Source of the DNA: Octopus sinensis
Lineage: Eukaryota
Length of the DNA: 64,000 nucleotides
Direction: 5' to 3'
Assembly (NCBI RefSeq): GCF_006345805.1
Contig: NC_043012.1
Span: 52,700,001-52,764,000 of the forward strand
Shown here: piece after piece, positions 1 to 12,571 of the stretch
Layout: every line of letters starts with the position of its first letter
Numbering within the stretch: the stretch's first letter is position 1
The notes under the pieces: model-generated
Told to the model about the DNA's origin: nothing
What the model saw: the letters and a program-made list of their open reading frames with translations, nothing else
Databases searched by the model: none
Translations under genes and position numbers: made by a program

Positions 1-394
1 TAAACCTAAATCAATTCTGCAGCAATAAATAAAGTCAAACAATAACAGAAATGTCTTCTAATGACATATTTTCGTTTACTGTTTTATATTTAAATTATTA
101 AAAGCTTTGTTCATAAATCTTCGGGATATATTTCAAATACTGAAATAAAAAGTATTTCATTATTCATTATTGTTAATATTATAAAAATTGAACAAACTGC
201 TTTCATGTGTTTTTTATTTTTTTTCTTTTCTGGCTCTTTTCATTCTCTGTTCAACTTCTGTCGAGGTCCACTTTGCTTTTCGTCACCACCCCAAAGCCGA
301 TAAATTAAAGTACCCGTCAGGTACAAAGTATAGGTAGTATCGATTAATCCATGAAAATCATTTCCCTACAAATTTCTTAAATCAGAAACAAAAA

Positions 395-535
395 AATAAT
401 AATAATAATAATAAGATTAATAATAATAATAATAACAATAATAATAATAATAATGATGATGATGATGATGATGATGATAATAATAATAATAATATAATAA
501 TAAGATTAATAATAATAATAATAATAATGATGATA

Positions 536-570
<35 letters not shown>

Positions 571-645
571 AAGAAGAAGAAGAAGAAGAAGAAGAAGAAA
601 AATAATAATAATAATAATAATATAATAATAATAATAATAATGATA

Positions 646-680
<35 letters not shown>

Positions 681-686
681 AATAAC

Positions 687-746
<60 letters not shown>
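395..746. repeat. Compound (AAT)n/(GAT)n/(AAG)n microsatellite
   Basis: Visible triplet runs; it produces the poly-Leu/Ser/Tyr/His ORF at 506-778. Confidence 0.95.
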
Positions 747-747
<1 letters not shown>

Positions 748-1040
748 TCGCTATGTGGCAGCTACGAATGTCAAACATAAAGTTGTTCCTATTGTCATTG
801 GAGCCTAGAGTTCAATACCATCCAGCCTGGAAAAAAATCTGGAAACTTTACAAATACTCTACAATCGAGGTGTCCTGCAAAAATCGGCATTACTTGGAAC
901 TGCCCGAATATTGCGTAAAGTACTGTCTGTCTGAGGTCCTTTTTATGACTTGAAATACATTACATGCCCCCGGCAGACAAAATATTTTCAATCAACATCA
1001 CGATATTGGATACTGTGCGAAATCTTAAATAATATTAATA
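747..1040 (+). mobile_element. 3' end of an RLE-type (R4/Dong/Hero/NeSL-like) non-LTR retrotransposon, 5'-truncated and decayed
   Basis: Manual translation with one frameshift gives MWQL..KVVPIVIGA*SSIPSSLEKNLETLQ..LQKSALLGTARILRKVLSV* (stop 932-934). This matches the typical restriction-like-endonuclease C-terminus (V-P-IVIGALG ... LQK-ALLGTARILRKVL). It is flanked by AAT repeats. Confidence 0.8.
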
Positions 1041-1059
1041 ATGGTTTCAAATTTTGCCA

Positions 1060-1288
1060 ATGATATCCATTATTCCCTACCAACACCACTCAACCTACAG
1101 CAATTTGGGGGAGGGGATTATCCAATTACAACCACTCCAAAGTATCGCTGGTACTTGATTTATCGACTCCGAAAGGATGACGGGCAAAGTCAACCTCGGC
1201 GAAATTTGAACTCAGAACGTAGCGACGGTCGAAATACCGCTAAGCATTATGTCCAGCATGCCAACGATTCTGCCAGCTCACCGCCTTC
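1060..1288 (-). mobile_element. SINE family A (A2 tail variant)
   Basis: Reverse complement of GGCGGTGAGCTGGCAGAATCGTT (A box) ... GAGTTCAAATTTC (B box) ... GACTTTGCCCGTCATCCTTTCGGAGTCGATAAATC; dozens of copies in the window. Confidence 0.85.
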
Positions 1289-1353
<65 letters not shown>

Positions 1354-1399
1354 TAATAATAATAATAATGATAATAATAATAATAACAATAATAATAAT

Positions 1400-1450
<51 letters not shown>

Positions 1451-1451
<1 letters not shown>

Positions 1452-1925
1452 TCTTGGTATAAAAGATGGGCTACAGCAAATATTCTGCTCTATACCACAG
1501 ATTTTCTTGTCAGTTGTTTGACCTTAACCAGTTGAGCATGTCCCTTAGTGGCTGACGATATGTGCATCTCTGATCACGAGCAGAAGTAGTGGGGGAGCAT
1601 CATAGCCATGTGTTGAGAAGTATTCTTTGGGGTTTGAATAATTCACCTCTGGAAACATGGGTGTTTCGTTCAACGTCCTTAAACAACCCTTATTCAGGGA
1701 CCTTTTGAGCGGGATGGGTTACTCGATCTGAAGAAAATTCTAACTGGGCTCCACCTGCAAGGTCATGTGCTGTTTATCTTGATATGAGATCACCATGTCG
1801 CGCACATATGGTTGTGATGCATGTGCCTGGTGTACCCTTATCAGACGGGTAGTCATGATGGGTATACTGGGCTTCGTATATTTTACCCCAGTGTCACTTT
1901 GATGGCATGCTCTGCTCACTCAATA
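1451..1925 (+). mobile_element. Family C retroelement 3' segment with (AAT)n tail
   Basis: Closely similar to the reverse complement of 14697-15252 and 17218-17322. All share the 3' end ...CTCACTC(AAT)n and differ in 5' extent. Confidence 0.85.
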
Positions 1926-1985
1926 ATAATGATAATAATAATGATAATAATAATAATAATAATGATAATAATAATAATAATAATG

Positions 1986-2053
<68 letters not shown>

Positions 2054-2082
2054 GTGTGATGATGATGATGAGGAGGAGGAGG

Positions 2083-2350
2083 ATATGCTGACTTGAGAAT
2101 AGACGTCAATCAAATGTGGAATGTAAAAGCAAGACCAGTACCAATTCGAATTGGAGCACTTGGGTCGGTGACGAAAATCTTTCAGAACCACGTTAACACA
2201 ACTGGAATCTGTCCCACGTTACGTCGTTGTAAAAGACAACACATTTGGGAACAGCAAATGTCTTGCGAAAAGTAATATCAATCTGAGGTTATGTAACTTG
2301 AGAGGCAGTGATAACAAGACCATCAGTAGGCAAATGAAGTGATAATAATA
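2083..2350 (+). mobile_element. Second RLE-type non-LTR retrotransposon 3' end, decayed
   Basis: Translation YADLRIDVNQMWNVKARPVPIRIGALGSVTKIFQNH.. then, after a frameshift, TSL*KTTHLGTANVLRKVISI*; ends in GATAATAATAA. Confidence 0.75.
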
Positions 2351-2543
2351 AAAATCATTTGGGCGCCGGACAAAAGCCGTGCGACATTTATTTTAAGTTC
2401 GCAATTCAAAACCCGCAAAGGTCAACTTTGCCTTCCGTCTCTCTTGGATTTATAAAATAGAATACCTGTTTGGTACTGAGGTCAATGATATCGATTATTC
2501 CCCAGCAACAGCATTCAACCTACATCTTTTCTCTTATATTTTC

Positions 2544-2741
2544 TCTTTTACTTGTTTCAGTCATTTGACTGCGGCCATGCTGGAGCACCTCCTTTGGTCG
2601 AACAAATTGACCCCAGGACTTATTCTATCGGTATCTATTGCCGAACTGCAAAGTTACGGGGAAGTAAACACACCAGCATCGGTTGTCAAGCGATGTTGGG
2701 GGAGCACACGCAGACACACGGACATATACACACGCATACAT

Positions 2742-2777
<36 letters not shown>

Positions 2778-2935
2778 GTAAACGTATATACGACGAGCTT
2801 CTTTCAGTTTCCGTCTACCAAATCCACTCACAAGACTATGGTCGGCAGTCCGAGGCTATAGTGGAAGATACTTGCCCAAGGTGCCACGCAGTGGGACTGA
2901 AACCGGAACCATGTGGTTGGTAAGCAAACTACTTA
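2544..2935 (-). mobile_element. SINE family B (tRNA head, CORE-like motif, internal TA/CA microsatellite)
   Basis: Reverse complement contains GTGGCACCTTGGGCAAGTATCTTCCACT (resembles the CORE/MIR CCTTGGGCAAGT motif), an internal microsatellite, and the 3' end CCAGCATGGCCGCAGTCAAATGACTGAAACAAGTAAAAGA. Confidence 0.85.
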
Positions 2936-5440
2936 TATCAGATAGAAAAATTATTCTTTCGGACAGAATCAATACAGCGTCGGACAGTTGCAGTATTTCG
3001 TCCGGCTTTCGCATTCTTATTTCCAATGCTCTAAATGTAATCCTTGGCTTTCAGCCGCCTAAGCTCGTAATTTTTTTTTATTTTTGCGATCGAGCAGCGA
3101 CGCAGTCATAATATACTATAGTATAACAGCTATACCTTTAATCTACTATGTATAACTTTGAATCTGTGTTAGTAAACAGTGTACCTAGGGTAGTGGTTAA
3201 CAGAATTGATACCCTGTATATTATCAGTTTGTGTAGAATCCCTTCTCTTCATTTTCACCATTCATTGTCAGTAATAAAGTCTTCCAATTACTCAGCTTCA
3301 ACTATATCTCCTGTTCATTCTTTTAATTTTATCTGATTTCCAGCTGTCGCTCGTTAATCTCTTGTCAAAGACATCCAATCATCCGGGCACAATATATCTC
3401 TTGTTGATCATTCTTCTAACTTCATCTGACGTCTCTCTGAACTCTCTCAACTACTGCCAGTTTCTCGATTATCTCTTGTCCAATATTTCAGATATCTATC
3501 TCACATTAATTCTCTCTGATATTTCTATCCTCGTTCTCTTAAATACGCACAATTTTCCTGGATCTCGCGTCCTTCCTTCTCAAACATTGCTCGTACAGAA
3601 GCCATGTCGTTTGTTATTTTGAACTTCTTGTACCAGTTAGTAACCACGTCTCTCGGTATCCATGACTTCACATCATTAAATGCTTTCGCAGACTTCTATA
3701 CACAGCTTTTAGCCAGTTACAGTCCTTGCATCCAACGTACTACCATCAATGCTGAATCCAGACAAGACAGCACACTCAACATATTTTACCATACAGCACA
3801 CAAACTGGTCGTTAAATATGCCTAAAATAATAGTTGATTATACCTCAGACGGCGCCACTGTCTCTTTAAAGAAAATGAAGCAAGAACACTCCGCATAACT
3901 TATTCCAAATAAACATAAAAAGACATGATCATTCTGAATGAAACGCAATTGATCATAAGTAAACACGAGCACGACTGATCTAACCCAACACAAGAACAAA
4001 ACATTACAACACATTCTCACCTCATCATTTTTTGGCATATTCAAATGGCAAAATGCTTATACGGACAAGTTATTCGGAGTCATTAGAATGAAGGACAAAA
4101 AGCCTTGTAGTATCTGTTCCAGTTTATTGCCCTCACAATTCGAATCTCCCTTGGGATATACTTACCTTCCACAATTTCAGCTCTTTACATTATCGGTCAA
4201 TTCTGCTGGAACCAACTTTACCTTTCACTACTCTAGGATTTTCCTGCTCCTTTTGCTTCTAATTCCTCTGTATATATGCAACAAAACCCTTCTGAGGTCT
4301 TTTTTTATTCATGTCTTTTACATCACCATCGCTAGGAATAACCAACTGTAAAGTGTGAAAGTTCCTCCTCATACTCCAACTGGATGAGTGGTCCTGGAAA
4401 TTTCTCAACACTAACACGGTGCTTGTCTCAGCTAAAGCTACTGTTTTCATCAAATGCCTCAAGCTATCGGTCTTGTTCCTTTTTCTTCTCTCTCAAGACA
4501 ACCAGCTGGCATAATTGTTAGCATGCCGGTCAAAATGCTTAGCGACGTTCCGTCCGTCTATACGTTCTGAATCCAAATTCCACCGAGGTCGACTCTTTCC
4601 TTTTCTCTCTCTCCTTTCCTTCTCTCTCTCGTTTTCCCCCTTCAGGCATCTATTTCAGTTTTTGAGAACACAATACAAACGTGACCTCTCTCACCCTGCC
4701 AGCTAATGTTCAGCTTTTAAACGTACTTCCGTGCGGTCATTTGATTTTATAAAAGTAACAACTACATCCGCTCAAATTGCACACATTTTAATTTAGAATG
4801 GAATGACATTAGACAATGCAGTATTCGGTGTACGAAAACACAGGATGATCATAAGTTTAATTCATGAGGGTCACCCATGTGTTAAATAATGTGATATCAA
4901 AAAAAAGCTGAAGGAAACAGATTTCAAGGATCACCTCTGCCATCATTTTTAATTCTTGTTTTTAAGTCCTGGTTAGATCCGATCGAATATTCCATGATTA
5001 TACTGGTTTTATTCAGGACATATCTAACATTGATTACAATGTCAAATAAGCCTTATTTTTCTAAGCCTGTAGAGATTAGTTTGAAGAAGACTTAACTTCT
5101 ATTTCTAGCAAGCTCAGTTATGAGAGCCTTTTTAACCTAGCATGCGGCAATTTTAATTTGTTGATAATCCTATTGTGAAACTGTCAATGTAATCTTATGG
5201 TTAAATACTTAGTTAAGCCTTTTCTATTAAGATACTGAAGGGAGTTTGGCTTTGTTGTTGATTTTGTAGGATTGGTTTTGTTTTTTATTTTTGTAGCTTG
5301 TTTGTTTTATGTTTTTGCTTCTTGTTTTTCTTTTCTATACTTTTGCAAATATCCATCAAGCAATACCTAAAAAACTCGCGACGTGTCATAGATTTGCCAT
5401 CATTGACTCACGTAGAACCACTCTTGTTTCGTAATCTACT

Positions 5441-5443
<3 letters not shown>

Positions 5444-5517
<74 letters not shown>
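5444..5517. repeat. (TC)n microsatellite
   Basis: Uninterrupted TC run. Confidence 0.95.
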
Positions 5518-5518
<1 letters not shown>

Positions 5519-5879
5519 AGCCCATTAGCCACTGTGGCATTCATTTGGAGAACAAACTACACTAAAAGAAGCATTTTGTTAAAGGCAATCGTTTTTGTCC
5601 AAATTCAAGTGGAGGTTCTGTTAGAACCGCAGATACCGTGATACTCACGTTGAGAGAACGTCTCATAGAAATACATGGTGCATAAAAGCACACATATCTA
5701 TATCGTTGGCAGAGGAAAATCGCTTGCCACGCCACTGGAACTGAGAGATGTCGGCATTTCGGCATACTGTGTCCCTTTTGGCATCCACGTTAAGTGTGTT
5801 TTAAAGACTGGCATTTGACTATAATAATGCTTCTATCCCTAATAATTGCTAGTAACATTTAGTGGTTCTTAGCTCTAGG

Positions 5880-5924
5880 TACTGGTGGTGGTGGATGCGG
5901 TAGCAGCAGCAGCAGCAGCAGCAC

Positions 5925-5957
<33 letters not shown>

Positions 5958-5962
5958 TAGTA

Positions 5963-6014
<52 letters not shown>

Positions 6015-6015
6015 G

Positions 6016-6090
<75 letters not shown>
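5880..6090. repeat. Compound (CAG)n/(TAG)n/(GGT)n microsatellite
   Basis: Visible triplet runs. Confidence 0.95.
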
Positions 6091-6889
6091 ATTGTTGCTG
6101 TTGTTGTCTCTGTTATTCTTATTTTGTTGTGAGGGAGCTTAGGGTGATTATGGAAGCCCAGAAGTAAAAACAATGATATTATTGGAGAGTTTTCTTAAAG
6201 TGGTGAGATAGCTGAACCGTTATTGTGTCAGATGAAAAAAGCTTAACGACATTTTTAACACTACGTTTTTGAGTTCAAATTATGCCAAAGTCGAGTTTGC
6301 ATTTAATCCGTCTGGGAGCGATAAAATTAGAACAAGTCAAATATTGGGATCGATGTAAATAGGGGAATTCTGCCATTGTACTGGATTAATATAAGAATAA
6401 TATAACACAAGGATGGACAGTACCTGGCTTTAATGGCAAATCACAGCATTTGTTTCTGCACTGGACACCAGTTTTAGGTTACTGAATTTACATATATATC
6501 GTTAAATAAGATTATTCTTTAGAAATACTATGCAATAGAATAATTTTCAGCAACAGATATGTGTGTGTGCGTCCTTTGCAGGAATGTAGCCATGCACGGT
6601 TAGTTTTTTTTTTTTTAATCTTGAAATCTGACAGTGCTTAATCACATTCTACCTGAGAAAGCACCCACACACACCTGTAAATAGACAAGCCTCCTCCCAC
6701 AAAATTTCAGGAGTAGTGCTTATAGCAGAAAAAAAATTATTGAGAATTTATTTGCTGTCTTTTCGGGTCGTTAAAATAACTACTATTTGAGCTCTGTGAT
6801 CGATATAATCGATTAACCCACTCCTCCTAAAGGTACTAAAACGTGTAATAATTATTGTGATTGGTTGGATCAGTGGAGATAGTAATAGA

Positions 6890-7000
6890 AGATGGATGGA
6901 TGGATGGATGGGTGGATGGTGGTGATGGTGGTGGTGGTGGTGGTGGTGGTGGTGTGGTGGTGGTGGTGGTGGTGGTGGTGGTGGTGGTGGTGGTGGTAAA
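6890..7000. repeat. (GGAT)n/(GGT)n microsatellite
   Basis: Visible runs. Confidence 0.95.
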
Positions 7001-7099
7001 AAAGTGATTATATTTGTGGTCGTCGTCCATTTTCACAATAACACCAGTAACAGCAAGATGAACAAGCAAATCAACAGCAAGAAGAAGTAGGAATTATTT

Positions 7100-7460
7100 T
7101 AAAATATATAGAAAAAGGATGAGCAAGAAAAATGAGGAAGCTGAGGAAGGAGGAGGGGGAGGAGAGAGGAGAAAGAAGGAGGGGGAGGAGGCGAAAGAAG
7201 AAGAAGAAGAAGAAGAAAAAGAAGAAAGAAGAAGAAGAAGAAGAAGAAGAAGAAAAAGAAGAAGAAGAGAAGAAGAAGAAGAAGAAAAAGAAGGAGAAGA
7301 AAAAGAAGGAGGAGGAGAGAAGAAGAAGAAGAATGAGGAGGAGGAGGAGGAGAAGAGGAAGAATAAGAAGAAGAAGAATGAGGAGGAGGAGGAGGAGGAA
7401 AGAAGAAGAAGAAAAGAAGAAGAAGAAGAAGAAGAAGAAGAAGAAGAAGAAGAAGAAAAC
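7100..7460. repeat. Long (GAA)n/(GAG)n homopurine tract
   Basis: About 360 bp, almost entirely purine on the + strand. Confidence 0.95.
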
Positions 7461-8298
7461 ACACAAAAACAAAGATTACAAAAATAACTACAACGTAAGG
7501 ACAACAATTGACAAAAACAAAAACAACAAATTCAATTAATAAATTAAAAACAACATAGAAACACGCCATCAGAGAGATTTATGAGTTTCGAAATAGAAGT
7601 GAAGGCAGAAAGAGAAAGAGAGAGAAAGAAAGAGAGGGGGGAGAGAGACAGACAGATAGTCAGGCAGACAGCTAGAGACAGTGAGAAAGAGACAGACAGC
7701 GAATGTGACAGAGACTGACAAACAGGCAGACGACACAAACAAAGACGTGGTTGCCTTATTATTTACTCTATGTCGTTTGTTACTATTTCTATGATCAATG
7801 ATTTCGCTGTTTTATTGTGAATGCCGGATTGTATATATTTTTCACCACTTCTTGACTGACATCTTCTGGACTTTATTTCAAGCTTTCCATTTGCCGATTC
7901 ATATTTAAAGTAGAGACGGAAATCAAAATCTTGCCTAAGCAAAACGAGAACGAAAAACAGAACTGATGAACGAATAAATTTTACGGGATGACTTGAGTAT
8001 TTTAGCCACATATAAATATAGTTTAAACGTTTACATGAAGCATAAACTGTCTTTCGTCGCTGGAGTCCACGAAACTTTGAGTAACAATGAAAAACTACTT
8101 CCGTTGCAAAAAGACACGCGCACTCACACTTCTCTCTCCACCTTTCTTCCCTTTTCTTTCTGATGAAGTACCATTCTCAAAACGTTATACACACACCCTC
8201 TTTTTTTTCTATCATAAACTGAGCGTCAATCTAACACATTCAATAAGCACGTCCTTTTGACTTCGTTGTTTTTGTTTATATTTTTTCAAATATATATA

Positions 8299-8917
8299 TA
8301 GGAGTGGTTGTGTGGTAAGAAGCTTGAATTAAGGAATAAAAGAAGCTTGCTTCCCAACCACATGATGCCAGATTCAGTCCCACTGCGTGGCACATTGAGC
8401 AAGTGTCTTCTACTATAGCCTCGGGCCGATCGAAGCTTTGTGAGTGGATTTGGTAGACGGAAACTGAAATAAACCCGTCCTGCATATATGTATTTTTTTT
8501 TATTTTCTCTCCCTGTTTATTTCAGTGTTTCTTTCTGTTGAAGAGCGTAAGCTCGAAACGTAAAAGACTTTCTCACTTTCCGAGCGTTAAACTAATACAT
8601 CTGTTTGTTGTCTACACCACCTGTCTTCGTTTTTTTTTCTTTTTTTGTAAATTCTCATTATATATATATATATATATAAGTATGTATTTATGTATGTATG
8701 TATGTATGTATGTATGTATGTATGTATGTATGTATTTGTGTCTTTGTTTGTGTCCTCCCCACCATCACTTAACCGATGCTGGTGTGTTTATGTCTCAGTA
8801 ACTTAGCGATTCCGCAAAAGGCTTACAAAGAATATGACCCGAGGTCAATTTGTTCGACTAAATGCGGTGCTCCAGCATGGCTGTAACCAAATGACTGAAA
8901 CAAGTAAAAGAATAAAA

Positions 8918-8920
<3 letters not shown>
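8299..8920 (+). mobile_element. SINE family B carrying a nested Penelope-like 3' fragment (about 8490-8660)
   Basis: Family B head and tail with an extra segment inserted in the internal microsatellite; the insert is related to 44088-44197. Confidence 0.75.
8530..8567 (+). ncRNA. Minimal type I hammerhead-like variant (A6U plus one extra A)
   Basis: TCTTT-CTGTTGA-A-GAGC(GTAA)GCTC-GAAAC-GT-A-AAAGA: stem I TCTTT/AAAGA, stem II with a GNRA loop, palindromic stem III ACGT. Confidence 0.45.
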
Positions 8921-8955
<35 letters not shown>

Positions 8956-8959
8956 GAAA

Positions 8960-8991
<32 letters not shown>

Positions 8992-8992
8992 T

Positions 8993-9047
<55 letters not shown>

Positions 9048-9530
9048 TATATATATATTATTTAGTATAGGAAAGAAGAAGAATGTGTAACAACAATAAT
9101 GATTTAATCTGAAAACATTAAAGTAGGTTTATGTAAGGTTATGTGGTAAATACTTTCTTTCCACAACGACATGATCTTATGTTCGGTCCTATTCCAAGGT
9201 TATTCTGCTATAGATTTAACCAATGCCTTGGCCACAAATTAGATATCTCTCTCAATAAATTTATGTTCAATATACATGCGCGCGCACATACTCACACGCA
9301 CACACACACACACGCATACACACAGTCACATACGCACACATAGTAGAAATGGTGTGTACAAATAAATCTTCAGTTACTGCTGTTATGTTTAGAGCTCCAC
9401 GCATATAAACTTCCATATAGTTGTCATGTGACTTCTACAGTATTACTGGAGGTATTTTGTATTACTAGTGAAAATGTGTGTGCGTGTCTCTGTGTGTATG
9501 TATGTATGTTTGTATGCATGTATGTATGTG

Positions 9531-9562
<32 letters not shown>

Positions 9563-9648
9563 TGTATGTATGTATGTTTGTATGTATGTATTAATATTTA
9601 GCAGAAGTAAGAGAGTGATTCAAGTTCCGAGAGTTACATGATATATAT

Positions 9649-9851
9649 CTTTTACTTTTTTAATTGTTTCAGTCATTTGACTCGGCCATGCTGGGGCACT
9701 ATTTCGAAAGAATTTTAGTCGACTGTCTCGAAGCCTGATACTTATTCTATCGATCTCTTTTGCCGAACCGCTAAATTATGGAGACGTAAGCACACCAAAA
9801 CCTGTTGTCAAATGGTGGTAGAGGAACAAACACAGACACAAAGACACACAC

Positions 9852-9888
<37 letters not shown>

Positions 9889-10110
9889 GGTGAGAACGTT
9901 TTATATATATATATATATATAATTATATATATATTATATATATATATACGACGCGCTTCTTTCAGTTTCCGTTTTCCAAATCCCCTCACAAGGCTTTGAT
10001 CGTCCCGAGACTATAGTAGAAGACACTTGCCCAATATTTCACGCAGTGGGCCTGAACCTGGAACCATGTGGTTGGGAAGCAATTTTCTTACCACACAGTC
10101 ACGCCTGCGA
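9649..10110 (-). mobile_element. SINE family B
   Basis: Same head, CORE-like motif, internal microsatellite and tail as 2544-2935. Confidence 0.85.
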
Positions 10111-10810
10111 CTACGTATATGTAAATGATTATCTACATATACCTATACATACAGCATATGTATAGACACTCATTTTCTTCATTAACCATTATTCCTTGTC
10201 TCCTTTCTTGGAAGAGGTCGACTCTCTGGAACACTGTCCTTACTTATGTTCTTTCCGGCACGTATCGACTTGCAACAGTTACAGTTAGAACCTGGTCTCG
10301 AATTGATTGAACTGTAGAGGCTATCGGTACTGACCTTTCCTCGAGACCAAGCAAGTAAATAATAATAATAAAACATAGAAATATATAGAAATATAAAGAA
10401 TAAGATAAATTTTGTCAATGGAAAAATGTAGTACGAAAATCAGAGCATGATTGGGTTTAGTGCCGTTTTCTCTTTTACATAATTTCCTTGCTGGTTTTAT
10501 ATATAACTCACTTTCTTGTTGCTGGGACTTCGTAGATATATCATTGGTTATTGACAGACACAATGTTCCTATCGATATCTATGAAGTCTCTACGGATTCC
10601 AGGTCACAATTTTATAACAGATCAGCTGTCAGGCAAGAAATGATATGAGATCGTTCAATGTGTTTGGCAGCGCTTCGATCATATTTTGTTTTCATTCATT
10701 TCAACGTCAATAATGGATTGGACCGTTTGAGAAGATCTACGATAGACGAGTATTCTCAGTGATCAACGATCATTTCATTAATGACATATTTCTACATAAA
10801 ACATACATAC

Positions 10811-10879
<69 letters not shown>

Positions 10880-10891
10880 ATATATATTTAT

Positions 10892-10932
<41 letters not shown>

Positions 10933-11036
10933 TATATTATATTTACACACACACATATCCATATATAGATACACATGTGCATATACATATATATATATAT
11001 ATGTATATGTATGTGCGCGCATGCATGTCTCTCTCT

Positions 11037-11084
<48 letters not shown>

Positions 11085-11149
11085 GTGTGTGTGTGTGTGT
11101 GCACATGTTCATATGTACATATATGTTTGTGTGAGTGAGTGAGTGAAAG

Positions 11150-11331
11150 TGTATTTATGTATGAGCACACCAATACACACACACACACCGATAAATAAGC
11201 ACATGTATTTTTATATACAAGTCACGTTTACATACGTACATTCATGTGTGTGTGTGTGCGCGCGCGCGTGTGTGTGTATGTGTGTGTTTGGACGAGTAAT
11301 TTTCTCCTCTACTATTTGAAAATTCACACAC
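11150..11331 (+). repeat. Left arm of a ~180-bp inverted repeat (partner 12238-12408)
   Basis: GAGCACACCAA..CCGATAAAT..CAAGTCACGTTTACATACGTACATTCATG..TTTGGACGAGTAATTTTCTCCT matches the reverse complement of 12238-12408. Confidence 0.9.
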
Positions 11332-12169
11332 ATTTTGAATTACCCACGCATCCTTAACTCATTCCCACTTACACACATCCACACACACACACATACACAC
11401 ACACACTCAGAGTCATTTAAACAAAAGTAGATGCTTAATCCAAGAATAATGTGCATTTCATTACGAAAGCCGAATTCCACATTCTCCTTCACACATCGTC
11501 ACACTTTTCACCTGCTGTCTAGTTGACTCTTATGAACACTTCTTAATGAACCTCTTGAGAAACGTGATTCATTTGCACATAGCTTGTCCATTGTACTCTG
11601 TGCGGAAATTAAACGTATAAGTCCATCCGTTACGTTGAAAGACGGATTCAACTTTGTTATATTATTGTTAGTAAGATGGCGTGTTATACAAATGCGATTG
11701 GATTGGTAAAAAGAATGATTTTTTAAAAAAATATGTTTAAATGAATGAGAGCAAATCATTTACCAATATAGTAGTTATTTCACATTCGTCCATTGGTTAA
11801 TATTCATTAATAACACCAGGAACTTGGTGTGTCTTTATGCTTTGAGTCATTGTTCAGGTGCAAATTTCCGGCAGAAGGGAGCGTGATTTTATAGTGTTTA
11901 AAAGACGTACGTTTATAGAAGTTTTAAGAAAATAGGATGTTTGATGCTTCACAGAAGATTTAAAGTAAAAGAAAAATATCGTTTTTAGTATTACAATGAT
12001 AGGGCAAATAAAACTGCTTTCAATCAGTAGTAGCTTCTTCAGTATTAATACTTAACATATACAATACTTAAAATTGGGTCTTTTGATCAAATTACGCCAC
12101 TATCCTCTGTTAATTGCTTCGCTAAACTAACATGTACTATTAGGACTCGGTTCTCTTATATATATATAT

Positions 12170-12216
<47 letters not shown>

Positions 12217-12237
12217 ACTCTTTTACTTGTTTTAGTA

Positions 12238-12408
12238 GTGTGTAAATTTTCAAATAGGAAAGGAGAAAATTACTCGTCCAAACACACACACACACGCGCG
12301 TACACTCACACACACATGAATGTACGTATGTAAACGTGACTTGTATATAAAATACATGTGCATATTTATCGGTGTGTGTGTGTGTTGGTGTGCTCATACG
12401 TAAATACA
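12238..12408 (-). repeat. Right arm of the ~180-bp inverted repeat
   Basis: Reverse complement of 11150-11331; it abuts the hammerhead-containing direct repeat. Confidence 0.9.
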
Positions 12409-12460
12409 GTGATGGGGCACGTGTTATCTTGTCTCTGAATTATAAGTTAGTTGTTTAGGC

Positions 12461-12571
12461 CGGTTACTGACGAGAATTCGCCTGGTAGATAATATGGTCT
12501 TGCTAAATTATCTATTAAAAGATGGCAAGCAATATTATTTGCTAAAGAAATTCGAAACCATGGTATAACCG
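12461..12571 (+). ncRNA. Type I hammerhead ribozyme HHR1 (predicted cleavage after 12565)
   Basis: CGGTTA(12461-66) CTGACGA(12467-73) GAATT...AATTC(12549-53) GAAA C-CATG-GT A(12565) TAACCG. The core is perfect, with a 6-bp stem I, 5-bp stem II base and palindromic stem III ACCATGGT. Confidence 0.85.

Noticed and set aside
8160-8187. Hammerhead CTGATGAAG..CTCAAAACGTTA
   Set aside because: G12 is missing and there is no stem I pairing; at most a dead relic of the same PLE-like family.
12008-12048. Minus-strand CTGAAGA..GAAAG hammerhead in the inverted-repeat spacer
   Set aside because: Stems II and III are unconvincing; compatible with chance.
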